Part shown: positions 37,432 through 47,159 of the stretch, in pieces
How positions within the stretch are numbered: the first letter of the stretch is position 1
Layout of the letters: each line of letters starts with the position of its first letter
NCBI GenBank assembly: GCA_020639315.1
Contig: JACKGM010000002.1
Span: 286,321 to 350,320 of the forward strand
Source: Candidatus Nomurabacteria bacterium
GTDB taxonomy: Bacteria > Patescibacteriota > Saccharimonadia > JAGOAT01
Direction: 5' to 3'
Length of the DNA: 64,000 nt
Notes under the pieces: generated by a model
Database searches by the model: none
What the model was told of the DNA's origin: nothing
Seen by the model: only the letters and a program-made list of their open reading frames with translations
Position numbers and translations under genes: made by a program

Positions 37432-38166
37432 ATGGAAAATGAATCAAACATAAAGATTAACCTTACTCAAAATCCTGACAGCAATAAAAAGCATAGACTT
37501 CTATGCGCAAGTTGTCGTAGGAAAACAAATCACACTACCCAGCAATCGTTAAGACGGGGATGGGAAACAGATGATAGCCATATAGCTGGTTACGACGATT
37601 TTCTTATTGTGAAATGCGATGGCTGCGAAACGGTACAGTTCTGCCAAATATCATCCTGCTCGGAATATTATTATAGTGCCGAAAACCCACAAACAGGCGA
37701 GATGGAAACATATTATAGTGAGAAAATTGACCAATATCCTGCGGTTAACACTTCTTATGAGAAACCAAGCACATTCCACAGTATGCCGAGCGAGATTAAA
37801 GACGCCTGTGCCGAAACCTACTCAGCTTTATGTGGCGACTTACCCAAGCTCGGAGCGGCTGGCACAAGATTGATAATTGAAACCTTGTGCCTAGTAAATA
37901 ACATTGGAAACGGCAATCTTAAGCAGAAAATCAACGCCTTGGCTAAAAAAGGTGTAATCACTGGCTCAATGAGGACAATGCTGCACAAGGTTAGGCTATT
38001 TGGGAACGACAAACTGCATACAACTGCAACCCCCAAGAAGGTTGACCTTGAGCAAGCTTGGAGTGCAGTCTGTAATTTACTTCGTTCGGTCTATGGCACA
38101 AAAGACACGACAGCCTATTTCAAGGCTTTTAGTCAAGATAAAGTAAAACCAAAGGCAGACAAATAG
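37432..38166 (+). CDS. zinc-ribbon plus DUF4145-like protein
   Basis: N-terminal CASCRRKTNH...CDGCETVQFC. The C-terminus IIETLCLVNNIG...LAKKGVITGSMRTMLHKVRLFGNDKLH resembles the DUF4145 helical domain. Confidence 0.5.
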   Translation: MENESNIKINLTQNPDSNKKHRLLCASCRRKTNHTTQQSLRRGWETDDSHIAGYDDFLIVKCDGCETVQFCQISSCSEYYYSAENPQTGEMETYYSEKIDQYPAVNTSYEKPSTFHSMPSEIKDACAETYSALCGDLPKLGAAGTRLIIETLCLVNNIGNGNLKQKINALAKKGVITGSMRTMLHKVRLFGNDKLHTTATPKKVDLEQAWSAVCNLLRSVYGTKDTTAYFKAFSQDKVKPKADK

Positions 38167-38260
38167 CTAGCCGACGAAAAACGCTTGGTAATTCTGCTCC
38201 CACAAATTAGGGATATATACGGCGGAGTGCTATTTTGGCAGAACTAAGGGCGACCACCCC

Positions 38261-38416
38261 CTAGGTATAGCTGTCAAAATCAAACGGTTCAAACTCAGGT
38301 AATTCAAGCTCAGGGAAAGGTTCAAGCTCAAGCATTACAGCCTCAAAATCTAAACTCACAAACTCTAAGTGCAAATCAGGAAGCTCCAACATTTCAAGTT
38401 CAGGAAGGTCTATCAT
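38261..38416 (-). CDS. possible 51-aa highly acidic repeat peptide (MIDLPELEMLELPDLHLEFVSLDFEAVMLELEPFPELELPEFEPFDFDSYT)
   Basis: Hand-translated ORF below the track's apparent ~60-aa size floor. Weak SD. Could be fortuitous. Confidence 0.2.
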   Translation of the reverse strand: MIDLPELEMLELPDLHLEFVSLDFEAVMLELEPFPELELPEFEPFDFDSYT

Positions 38417-38499
38417 ACTGCAACCAGTAGTTCCTTCATGGCATTTAACTTATACTCATCATAGTCCGCACTAGCAGTTCGCAACGTGTCCGCTACTGC

Positions 38500-38538
38500 G
38501 AGCCAAGTTGAATTTTACAAAATACGGTTGATAATCTC
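38500..38538 (+). repeat. att-like repeat copy C (39 bp)
   Basis: GAGCCAAGTTGAATTTTACAAAATACGGTTGATAATCTC is identical to 31739-31777. Confidence 0.75.
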
Positions 38539-38666
38539 CGATAATGGTAACTTTGAGGATCTTAAAACTAGGTTTGTTGTCAACCTAAACTTTAGGTCTT
38601 TTAGATACCGTATATAATACAAACAGATGGACGGTTTTGTTTTGAGTATGCTATACAACTTAGGGC

Positions 38667-39770
38667 TTATATGTTTTCGGCAGGTATATGTCCACCCTGC
38701 ACTGTGGTACTCCTAGCCTCATCCACTGTGTGCTGCCATCTATTCACAGCATTCTCCAGTGAGAGTAAGCTACGGTCTACTACATTCAATACCTTAGCTT
38801 GCCCTTCATCTACAAGTCTACTTTCTAGGATTAAGCGGTATTGTTGCAATATCTGCAGAATAGCCTTTTTTAGCTCTAATAACCCAGCCTCACCACCACT
38901 AACCTCTTGAGGATAATCGGGACTATCGTGGGAACCGAGATATTCTAGCCATACAACTGAACCTATTAGATCCTCTTCAAGCCCACCTATGCGATCCATG
39001 TTGGCCCCATAGTCAACTATTCCGAAACCCTCCAGGGGATCGTATAGGACATTTGAAAGTTTATGATCAATTGCAATACCGTTTTTATTAGCAATCTCTA
39101 TAGTATCTACAAGTCTAGATAACTGTTCACTAGTTATGCTTCTAACCTCATCAAGCGTCAACTCCCAAATCTCTCTACCCGGTATTATTTCAGCTATAGT
39201 AACACCCTCTACATATGAAGCAGCTATTATCTGCTCTAGATGATGAATACCCTTACCCAACACAGCACCTTCTAGGTTAATATCTATTGTCGAAGCATCA
39301 GTATTATTATCCCCATATGGCAATCTGACAGCATATGTCTTATCATCTAGCGTTATTGAAAAGACTACAGAGTTTCCCCCTCTGCCCAAGAAGCCAGGGT
39401 GATTTTCGGGCTTATCAATAGTAAGTAGTTCTTGCCTTAAGGTATCTACAGAGGATGCAAAATAGTCATATGCTTCTAGCATTGCAAGGCGACCCTTAAT
39501 GGGTTCATACTCATAACCACCTACTGAATGCAAAAAATCACTATAATCGTCTGGATCTACAGGTAACGATTCTGCTACAGCCCTATTCGGCCCGTGACTT
39601 AATCCAATACCTACCCCATGACCCAACGCCAATCGGGCAATCTCGTGGAAAAACCTTATTCTCTCGCCCCAGTCAGTAACTTTCTCAGCAAAGAAAGTTG
39701 CCATAGCGGCTTGATCTCCTAAGGCGTGACCCCTTACATTATCGTGATTCCTAGTAGCGTCTTCAGACAT
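38667..39770 (-). CDS. protein-kinase-like fold protein (atypical)
   Basis: GGNSVVFSI...YAVRLP (P-loop/Lys region), IAIDHKLSNVLY (catalytic-loop-like D-x-K-x-x-N) and IVDYG (DFG-like). Confidence 0.45.
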   Translation of the reverse strand: MSEDATRNHDNVRGHALGDQAAMATFFAEKVTDWGERIRFFHEIARLALGHGVGIGLSHGPNRAVAESLPVDPDDYSDFLHSVGGYEYEPIKGRLAMLEAYDYFASSVDTLRQELLTIDKPENHPGFLGRGGNSVVFSITLDDKTYAVRLPYGDNNTDASTIDINLEGAVLGKGIHHLEQIIAASYVEGVTIAEIIPGREIWELTLDEVRSITSEQLSRLVDTIEIANKNGIAIDHKLSNVLYDPLEGFGIVDYGANMDRIGGLEEDLIGSVVWLEYLGSHDSPDYPQEVSGGEAGLLELKKAILQILQQYRLILESRLVDEGQAKVLNVVDRSLLSLENAVNRWQHTVDEARSTTVQGGHIPAENI

Positions 39771-39993
39771 TGTATTTTTTTATTTTTTTTAATCCTATAA
39801 CAGTACTATAATAATAATGTATCCTGTGGTCAATGCAACGATCAATATACATCTAGTACTGTAATGATTTGTCCCCCTCCCCAAATCACAAACACCTTGT
39901 CTATTCTCTAGGTATATCTCCAATTATATCCGAAATATCAACGAGAAAGGGCTTGATTGAGATTAAATTGAAGTTTTTTGTTATACTTGATTT

Positions 39994-40461
39994 ATGACTA
40001 AAACGGTTATCACAATTTGCTCAAGTGCAGCCTTCTATAGACAAGCAGTAGAAATACAAGACCAACTCAGCAGGCTTGGTGTCGAGGTTATAGTACCCAA
40101 AACAGCAACACGGATGAAAGAGTCTGATGATTTTGATGTTAGTCACTACAAAACATGGTTTGCCGATGCAAATGACTACCACAAAAAAGCAGAGCTCATG
40201 CGTGCTCACTTTGAGGAGATAGAGAAAAGCAATGCGATTCTTGTCCTAAATTATGAAAAGCACGGTGTCGATAACTATATAGGCGGTAATGTGCTGATGG
40301 AGATGGCCTTAGCATTTTGGCTTAAAAAGCCAATATTTATCATGAATGGACTTCCCGAAAAATCAGCATTTGAAGAAGAGATTAAAGGTATGGAACCGAT
40401 TCTATTACACGGTGATGCTAATGCTCTACCTAAACTTTATGAAGAAATAATCAGCATGTAG
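39994..40461 (+). CDS. nucleoside 2-deoxyribosyltransferase-like superfamily protein (tentative)
   Basis: 155 aa. The flavodoxin-like pattern ITICSSAAF...ILVLNYEKHGVDNYIGGNVLMEMALAFWLKKPIFI resembles NDT-like/YtoQ-like proteins. Confidence 0.35.
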   Translation: MTKTVITICSSAAFYRQAVEIQDQLSRLGVEVIVPKTATRMKESDDFDVSHYKTWFADANDYHKKAELMRAHFEEIEKSNAILVLNYEKHGVDNYIGGNVLMEMALAFWLKKPIFIMNGLPEKSAFEEEIKGMEPILLHGDANALPKLYEEIISM

Positions 40462-41007
40462 ATGGAAGAGCTTTGGCAACTCTACGACAAACAAGGTCGA
40501 GCAATAAGTAGCAAAGGGGCTACAAAAGACGATGTCTTTAATAATGGCCTACTTCATAGTTCATCGCATGTATGGATCTGGCGGGCAAGAGAAAATCAAC
40601 GAGAAATCTTGCTTCAGCAACGTGCTTCCGATAAGCATATATGGCCTAACCGTTTTGATACTTCGGCAGCTGGACATATAGATTTAGATGAAAAACCACT
40701 TGATGCAGCTATACGTGAAATAGCTGAAGAGATTGGACTTACAATAGTAGGTGATGAGCTAAACTTATTCTGTGTGCATCGAACCTATCTAAAAGCTGAA
40801 AATGGTTCGATAGAAAACGAATTCCAGTGGCTCTATAGCCTAGAGCTTACTAATAAAACTGACTTTGTTCTACAGCCCACAGAAGTAAAGTCACTAAAAT
40901 GGATACCACTTGAGCAGTTCAAAGCAGAAAACAAAAGCGAGCAATATCTTCCCCACGGTGAACTATACTACAATACAGTTGTATCTGCCATAGAGTCTGC
41001 TGAATAA
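40462..41007 (+). CDS. NUDIX hydrolase
   Basis: Nudix box GHIDLDEKPLDAAIREIAEEIGL. Confidence 0.85.
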   Translation: MEELWQLYDKQGRAISSKGATKDDVFNNGLLHSSSHVWIWRARENQREILLQQRASDKHIWPNRFDTSAAGHIDLDEKPLDAAIREIAEEIGLTIVGDELNLFCVHRTYLKAENGSIENEFQWLYSLELTNKTDFVLQPTEVKSLKWIPLEQFKAENKSEQYLPHGELYYNTVVSAIESAE

Positions 41008-41086
41008 TAATTAGACAGTACTACTCGAGTCTAGAACCCTTACAACTTTGTTTTTTACTTGGGTTGCATGATAAGATACTGTCATA

Positions 41087-41200
41087 ATGGATACAAGGGT
41101 AGACAGACTATCATCGCTTGAGCAAGTAGGCGAGCTACTTCAAGTGTACCCTAGTCCCCTGCGAAACTGGGATAAAGACAGAACACTCAGACCAATTTGA
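41087..41200 (+). pseudogene. truncated excisionase-like HTH gene (38 codons then TGA)
   Basis: Hand translation gives MDTRVDRLSSLEQVGELLQVYPSPLRNWDKDRTLRPI*. This parallels LTLSEGSKMLKVHPNTLCNWDKSGTLKHIRIG of the 31953 gene but stops early. Confidence 0.5.
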
Positions 41201-41263
41201 CTTAGTGGACAAAAATACGGCGGTATTAAGTATAATTAGATATTAAAGGAGTTAAGTGGAACA

Positions 41264-41671
41264 ATGAACAAAGATTTTATCAAAGATATTATACCTAGGG
41301 GCTACAAAACTAGAGGTAGCTATACTCCAGCTAATAAAATTGACCTGGGCAGTCATTATCTAATATTTGTGTCTGGCGTACAAGCACCGAAAAATGACGA
41401 CCACAGCGTAGTCACAGACGATATTGAAGAACAAACTAAATTTGTGTTTGAGGATATTATTAAGATTTTACAGCTGGCAGACGCAACAATTGATGATGTA
41501 GTAAAAGCGGTCATATACATTACCGATATAGACGACTTTGACAAAATATCTGCCATTAGAGGTGAGTATTTCAAGAATCCAATGCCAGTTAGTACATTGA
41601 TTGAGGTTAATCGTATGAATAGGGATGGTGCAAAGATAGAAATAGAAGTAACTGCGGTGGTAAAAAAGTGA
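41264..41671 (+). CDS. RidA/YjgF/L-PSP family protein
   Basis: 135 aa. LIFVSGVQAP...TKFVFEDIIKILQLADATIDDVVKAVIYI...PVSTLIEV...KIEIEVTA. Confidence 0.8.
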   Translation: MNKDFIKDIIPRGYKTRGSYTPANKIDLGSHYLIFVSGVQAPKNDDHSVVTDDIEEQTKFVFEDIIKILQLADATIDDVVKAVIYITDIDDFDKISAIRGEYFKNPMPVSTLIEVNRMNRDGAKIEIEVTAVVKK

Positions 41672-42258
41672 TTATTTACCTTACCAGACACGGGCAAACA
41701 ACTGGCGATATTGAAAACCGTTATGGTGGCGACTACGATGACCACTTAACTGATATAGGCAAGCAACAGTCTGCACAGTTGGCTGAACGATTATCAAATA
41801 AAGGTATTGGTCTACTTTTTGCTAGTCCGCTCATTAGGACAAAAGAAACCGCTACAGTGATAGCTGAGAGGCTGAGTCTTGTAACAAATATCTTTGATGA
41901 TTTTAGAGAACGCAACAGCTACGGTATTTTGACTGGAATGACCAAAGACGAAGCATTGCAAAAATATCCTGATCAAATACAAATACTGAAAGATGTTCGC
42001 GCTACGGTTGAAGGTGCTGAAGAGTATGCGTCGTTTCAGCAACGCATCATCAATGCTCTAGCGACTATTAGCCAGGAGCAGGTAGATAGGATTGCAATAG
42101 TAACACACGGTGGACCAATGCGCCTTATATTTAGAGATATTCTTGAACTGGGTGAGATTGATGTGGATGACTGTGCATTTGCCGTCCTTGAAGCAGATAA
42201 CGATACGTATACCCTACTAGATAAAAGTGGTATTACCATAAAGAAACAACTATCCTAA
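41668..42258 (+). CDS. histidine phosphatase (phosphoglycerate-mutase-like) family protein
   Basis: IYLTRHGQT catalytic motif, SPLIRTKETA, VTHGGPMR. Confidence 0.85.
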   Translation: MIIYLTRHGQTTGDIENRYGGDYDDHLTDIGKQQSAQLAERLSNKGIGLLFASPLIRTKETATVIAERLSLVTNIFDDFRERNSYGILTGMTKDEALQKYPDQIQILKDVRATVEGAEEYASFQQRIINALATISQEQVDRIAIVTHGGPMRLIFRDILELGEIDVDDCAFAVLEADNDTYTLLDKSGITIKKQLS

Positions 42259-42349
42259 ATTTTACCCATTACTAGGACACTCGTCCAACATTAATCCTTT
42301 CTCGTAAGCATATTGTATTACTAATCAAGATGGGTTACACTACTGGTAC

Positions 42350-43138
42350 ATGTCAGAAAATTTCAATGGGTATACTCCTGAACAAGGACCTAGTGGTATC
42401 GTTGCTATGTATCAAGATGCTACATCTGATCCTGATCGAGATCTCCCTAGCCATACTATCTTACCCCCCAATATGTGTTTTGCACTATTTAGCACCATAC
42501 TAAGGGAAAAGCAAATATCTCGTACTGGCACATATGACTATGATAGCGAGCCTCCTACAATATCCCGAGAAGCTACGGAAGATACCCATCAATATCTTGC
42601 AGAATTTTGCGAGACTAATTGCGACAGCGGGTGTGCAGTTACCCAGGCTTATAGCGATCAAGAAATACGCGAGCGATTATCGTTATCGGGTTTTCGTATT
42701 GTTCATGATAACCCAGATACGGTTACTCAGGCAGATGCTATTACCGACGCCCTAATCAGCTACTTTCAAGGTATACTGACACCCGATGAAGAACCAGATG
42801 AGTATTCATATATTCAGGGTGAGAGTTTCCTGCGGAGACTTTACAAACAAGTATGCGACGGGCTGACCACAGCAATTACTCCAGAGGTAGACGGTAATAC
42901 CTTAGCCGGTTTGATGGTAATATGTATATCCAATATACAAATATTTAAAGATATCCTAAGAAAAGTTATTATAAAAAATATGCCAAATTCAGAAGATAAA
43001 GTACCCTTAGAAATAACTCCTGCAATGATCATAGATTACTTACTAACTATGCCTCAAGATGATAGTAACGCATACTGCCTCAAAGTTACACCTAGGGGTA
43101 GTACTTTCGGGTTTCCTATCTCCCTATATAATGAGTAG
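42350..43138 (+). CDS. hypothetical protein (262 aa)
   Basis: ORF only. No motif recognised. Confidence 0.45.
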   Translation: MSENFNGYTPEQGPSGIVAMYQDATSDPDRDLPSHTILPPNMCFALFSTILREKQISRTGTYDYDSEPPTISREATEDTHQYLAEFCETNCDSGCAVTQAYSDQEIRERLSLSGFRIVHDNPDTVTQADAITDALISYFQGILTPDEEPDEYSYIQGESFLRRLYKQVCDGLTTAITPEVDGNTLAGLMVICISNIQIFKDILRKVIIKNMPNSEDKVPLEITPAMIIDYLLTMPQDDSNAYCLKVTPRGSTFGFPISLYNE

Positions 43139-43359
43139 GTGTCTAAGCCCATGCTCTAAACTATACTACTCTAGTCTAGAACCTTTACAACCTGGTCTTA
43201 AGGTATCAAAAGACTGCAATCGCCAAATCATTACAGATACTACTGTGGAGCAACCAAGGCCTATAACCAGAAACGCTACCTTAATAGATAGAGATAACTA
43301 CTAAATCTAATGGCTAAAGGAATAATATATCTAATGACATCAGCGGTATCGGGCTTGGT

Positions 43360-43523
43360 TATAGCAAGTTAAAAACAAAACCAGCCTTTTGACCCAACTC
43401 TAGAGTCTATAAAGCTAGTTTTCTTACTCACCATATCTATGGATATGGCTCTTAAGAAGAACTACCTTTCTAGTTCTCTATAGTACAGCTCAAATTGTCC
43501 GGTTTTGTTTTTAACTTGCTATA
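43360..43523. mobile_element. MITE-A copy (164 bp, reverse orientation)
   Basis: Reverse complement is ~95% identical by eye to 9673-9836. It directly abuts REPIN R6. Confidence 0.8.
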
Positions 43524-43524
43524 C

Positions 43525-43589
43525 TTTCGGGGTCAGACCCCGTCATTTTATATCTGTTGGAAGGGTTCAGTACGGGGTCTGACCCCGAA
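43525..43589. repeat. REPIN-like doublet R6 (reverse orientation)
   Basis: TTCGGGGTCAGACCCCGTC...TTTATATCTGTT...TACGGGGTCTGACCCCGAA. Confidence 0.85.
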
Positions 43590-43620
43590 AAGAAGGTGGC
43601 TACCATCAAGCCCGACAACC

Positions 43621-44262
43621 CTACTTCCCCGCCATCAAAGGATTAGGCTCAGGTCGCTCTACCCTGGAAAGCAAATGCCTATCCGTATGAGCAAACGCTT
43701 GATCACGATCAGGAATTATTAGCATAGTAGTCTCATCATACTTCCAGGAATTGTTGTCCAAGATCTCGACTATAATATTAGCCTTGGTAGTCTTAAAATT
43801 TTTCTCAAGAAATGGATTGGAACAAATACCATTGGTCGTGGATCCTCTCTCGGCTCGTAGCTCAAACTTCTTCTCCCTCTCAGTAACCTTACCACTATAG
43901 AGAGCTATTTGCCCCCTTGGAATTGCTAAGGTCAAGTAAACAATTTCTTGATCAGGATCCCAGAGCCAATACCCAACTTGGTCGTGAAAAGTCTCGACCT
44001 GACCAAGCTTGACGATATGTGTATGATACCTTAGGCCATATAAAAGCTGAGGGCCATTGGTCTGAGGATCAATCGGTCTTAGTTGGTATTTCTCAAAATA
44101 TTGACGCTGCCTTGCCCCATCGTCTTCACTAGGATCGACTGGATGCAAATCGTGCCCAATCGAGCCTTCAAATACCCCAGCCAATGACTTCAATGGGCCT
44201 AAATTGGCCAAGGTATCTGGACTATTGTCTGGCTCTGTATAGATATCTTGATGTAATTTCAT
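43621..44262 (-). CDS. heme-binding beta-barrel (nitrobindin/THAP4-like, DUF1794) domain protein (tentative)
   Basis: LGPLKSLAGVFEGSIG...QVGYWLWDP pattern. 4-nt overlap with msrA. Confidence 0.4.
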   Translation of the reverse strand: MKLHQDIYTEPDNSPDTLANLGPLKSLAGVFEGSIGHDLHPVDPSEDDGARQRQYFEKYQLRPIDPQTNGPQLLYGLRYHTHIVKLGQVETFHDQVGYWLWDPDQEIVYLTLAIPRGQIALYSGKVTEREKKFELRAERGSTTNGICSNPFLEKNFKTTKANIIVEILDNNSWKYDETTMLIIPDRDQAFAHTDRHLLSRVERPEPNPLMAGK

Positions 44263-44759
44263 TTTGATACCAACCCTTTGCCAGACCTAAGATAATGACA
44301 GCTATATCCACCTGGGTTCTTCTGCAGATAATCCTGATGATATGCTTCAGCCGGATAGAAAGTACTCAGTGGCTCTATACTGGTCTGGACTGGATCTGAA
44401 TAAAGCTTCGAGTCATTGACTAGCCTGATCATGCTCTCGGCAGCTTGCCTCTCTGATTCACTAGTATAAAAAATCGCCGAACGGTAACTTGTCCCTATAT
44501 CATTACCCTGTTGATTCTTAGTCGTAGGATCATGAATTCGAAAAAAATAGTCAAGCAGCTGATCCCTACTAATCAGACTTGGATCGTATTTGATCCTGAC
44601 AGCCTCGGCGTGACCTGGATGATTGTGATAATCTGGATCTTTGTTTTGTCCGCCAGTATAACCGACTTCGGTATCGACTACCCCTGGCTGATGACGAATC
44701 AAATCCTCTAGACCCCAAAAACAGCCTCCCGCCAAGACCAGCTCCTCAGACTTGATCAT
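44259..44759 (-). CDS. msrA: peptide-methionine (S)-S-oxide reductase
   Basis: [12 protein letters not shown] active-site motif, [17 protein letters not shown]. Confidence 0.9.
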   Translation of the reverse strand: MIKSEELVLAGGCFWGLEDLIRHQPGVVDTEVGYTGGQNKDPDYHNHPGHAEAVRIKYDPSLISRDQLLDYFFRIHDPTTKNQQGNDIGTSYRSAIFYTSESERQAAESMIRLVNDSKLYSDPVQTSIEPLSTFYPAEAYHQDYLQKNPGGYSCHYLRSGKGLVSK

Positions 44760-45136
44760 CTCTTCTCTGCCCTCGGATCAAAATCAAGCGCCAATGAATT
44801 GATACAGTAACGCCTGCCAGTAGTTTCTTTGGGCCCATCAGTAAAGACATGCCCCAAGTGACCTCCGCAGTTAGCACAAGTCACCTCTGTCCTAATCATC
44901 CCATGTGAGTCATCAATAATTTCCTTGACCGCACCTTCGACTGCCTGGTCAAAGCTTGGCCACCCAGATCCAGAATCAAATTTTGTATCAGAATTAAACA
45001 AAATTGCACCACAGCCAGCACAATGATAGCTACCATCAGCCTTATTGTTGAGTAATTTCCCACTAAATGGCGCCTCTGTCTCTTTATCCAGCAAGATAGC
45101 CTTTTGCTTGGCACTCAATTTGGGTTTACCTATCAT
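44756..45136 (-). CDS. msrB: peptide-methionine (R)-S-oxide reductase
   Basis: CAGCG...GWPSF...[12 protein letters not shown]...RYCINS. Confidence 0.9.
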   Translation of the reverse strand: MIGKPKLSAKQKAILLDKETEAPFSGKLLNNKADGSYHCAGCGAILFNSDTKFDSGSGWPSFDQAVEGAVKEIIDDSHGMIRTEVTCANCGGHLGHVFTDGPKETTGRRYCINSLALDFDPRAEKR

Positions 45137-45291
45137 CTAGTAAGATTATATAGCATGCTCAAAACAAAACCAACACTCGGGTCCTCTCCTCTGACCAAGA
45201 TGTCAAATCGTATTTTTGTTTTATCTAGCTATTTGAGATAAAATTAAATCTAGCTACCGACTGTGGCCAACCAATACGTAAGGAGTTTGTT

Positions 45292-47124
45292 ATGAAAAAA
45301 ATTATCAATTTTAGCAAAGAATACCCATTTGTAGCTGGAGTGATGATCATCATTATACTGGCAATCATCCTAGACCTGGCCGGCCTGACTAGTCAGTCAG
45401 ATCTGCTACTGGGTAGCTTTTCAATCCTCATGGCATTGCGCCTCAGTACTGATATGTTAAAAACTCTGAAGGAAGGACGCTATGGGATAGATATCCTAGC
45501 AGTCGTAGCTATCATTAGCACCGTAGCAGTCGGCGAATACTGGGCATCTATTGTGATAGTTTTGATGCTGACAGGTGGTGAAGCTCTAGAAGACTATGCC
45601 TCAGGTCGGGCCCAAAGAGAGCTCAACGCTCTGCTCGATAGGGCCCCAAAAACTGCCCATTTGGTGACCGGTGACAAATTCAAGACTGTAGCACTTTCTA
45701 CAATCAAGCCTGGAGATATTCTACTGGTCAAGCCAGGTGAAGTCATCCCGGTCGATGCCATACTACTTGATCAATCAGCAGAATTCGATGAATCTTCATT
45801 GACTGGTGAGAGTCTGCCGGTCGAGCATCATCAGGGAGAAGCGCTCCTCAGTGGTTCAATCAATGGCGGAGAGGCAATCCGAATCGAGGCACTTAGATCA
45901 TCAGACCAGAGCCAGTACCAGCAAATCATTGAGTTGGTCAAATCTGCGACTGGCACTGAAGCACCCTTCGTCCGTCTAGCCGATCGTTACGCTGTACCTT
46001 TCACCCTGATTTCATTTACTATCGCTGGTATCGCCTGGATCAGCTCAGGCGAAGCACTTAGGTTTGCTCAAGTCTTAGTAGTAGCTACACCCTGCCCTCT
46101 CTTGCTTGGAGCACCGATTGCCCTAGTCTCTGGTATGAGTCGAGCTGCCAAGCATGGGATTATTGTCAAAAGTGGCTCAATCTTAGAGCGTCTGGCTACT
46201 ATCAAGAGCGTAGCTTTTGATAAAACTGGCACCTTGACTAGTGGTGAGCCAGTAGTCAGCTTGGTCAACCCTCAGCCAGGATTTAAGGATCAAGACATCT
46301 TACTCTATGCTGCTAGCGCCGAACAACAATCTGCTCATATTCTAGCCCGAGCACTAGTCAGCGAAGCCATCAATCAGAAGCTGGCTCTTGTCTCACCCAA
46401 GAAGCTTCAAGAGACTACTGCTTATGGCGTATCGGCTACGATCGAGGGCAAAAAGATCCTAGTCGGCAAACATAGCTTCCTCACCAGTAACCAAGTCGAT
46501 CTATCCGATCGGCAAATTAGTCAGGCTGGTGAGACTATTGTCTATGTAGCGATTGATCAACAATTCGCTGGTACGATTGCTTTCCGGGATCAAGTCCGAC
46601 CCGAAACCAAACAAACTTTAGCTAATCTCAAGTCCCTTGGCATCAACAGTACCTTGATGCTGACTGGTGACAACCAGGCTACTGCCAGACGGATTGCTAA
46701 AGAGATCGGGATTGTTGATTTCCAAGCTGACTGCCTGCCGATTGACAAAGTCAATGCGATCAAAAATGCTCCGATTCGTCCAATCATGATGGTTGGTGAT
46801 GGTGTCAATGATGCACCCGTGCTAGCGTCCGCCGATGTTGGCCTAGCAATGGGAGCGCGTGGCTCGACTGCAGCCAGCGAAACTGCTGATGTCGTAGTCC
46901 TAGTCGATGACTTGTCCAGAAGCTACCAAGCAATCCAGATAGCCAAAGATACTATGCAAATCGCGACCCAGAGTATTTGGATCGGTATTGCTATCAGCGT
47001 AGGGTTGATGTTGATCGCTTCTACCGGCGTTCTGCCAGCCGTGGTGGGTGCTGGACTCCAAGAAGTAGTTGATGTCGTGGTGATGATCAATGCCTTGAGA
47101 GCCCATGGCTCATGGCGTAGTTAG
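45292..47124 (+). CDS. P1B-type heavy-metal-translocating ATPase (no N-terminal HMA domain; TPCP transmembrane motif)
   Basis: LTGESLPV, ATPCPLLLGAP, DKTGTLT and GDGVNDAP. AAGGAG SD upstream. Confidence 0.9.
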   Translation: MKKIINFSKEYPFVAGVMIIIILAIILDLAGLTSQSDLLLGSFSILMALRLSTDMLKTLKEGRYGIDILAVVAIISTVAVGEYWASIVIVLMLTGGEALEDYASGRAQRELNALLDRAPKTAHLVTGDKFKTVALSTIKPGDILLVKPGEVIPVDAILLDQSAEFDESSLTGESLPVEHHQGEALLSGSINGGEAIRIEALRSSDQSQYQQIIELVKSATGTEAPFVRLADRYAVPFTLISFTIAGIAWISSGEALRFAQVLVVATPCPLLLGAPIALVSGMSRAAKHGIIVKSGSILERLATIKSVAFDKTGTLTSGEPVVSLVNPQPGFKDQDILLYAASAEQQSAHILARALVSEAINQKLALVSPKKLQETTAYGVSATIEGKKILVGKHSFLTSNQVDLSDRQISQAGETIVYVAIDQQFAGTIAFRDQVRPETKQTLANLKSLGINSTLMLTGDNQATARRIAKEIGIVDFQADCLPIDKVNAIKNAPIRPIMMVGDGVNDAPVLASADVGLAMGARGSTAASETADVVVLVDDLSRSYQAIQIAKDTMQIATQSIWIGIAISVGLMLIASTGVLPAVVGAGLQEVVDVVVMINALRAHGSWRS

Positions 47125-47159
47125 GTTATGCTATAATTTAGTTAATTATTAGGAGGACT

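Noticed and set aside
29974-43138. Prophage interpretation of the accessory region next to the tRNAs
   Set aside because: No capsid, terminase, tail, lysis or integrase genes are present. The content is enzymes plus HTH and Fic proteins, so 'decayed integrative islands' fits better.
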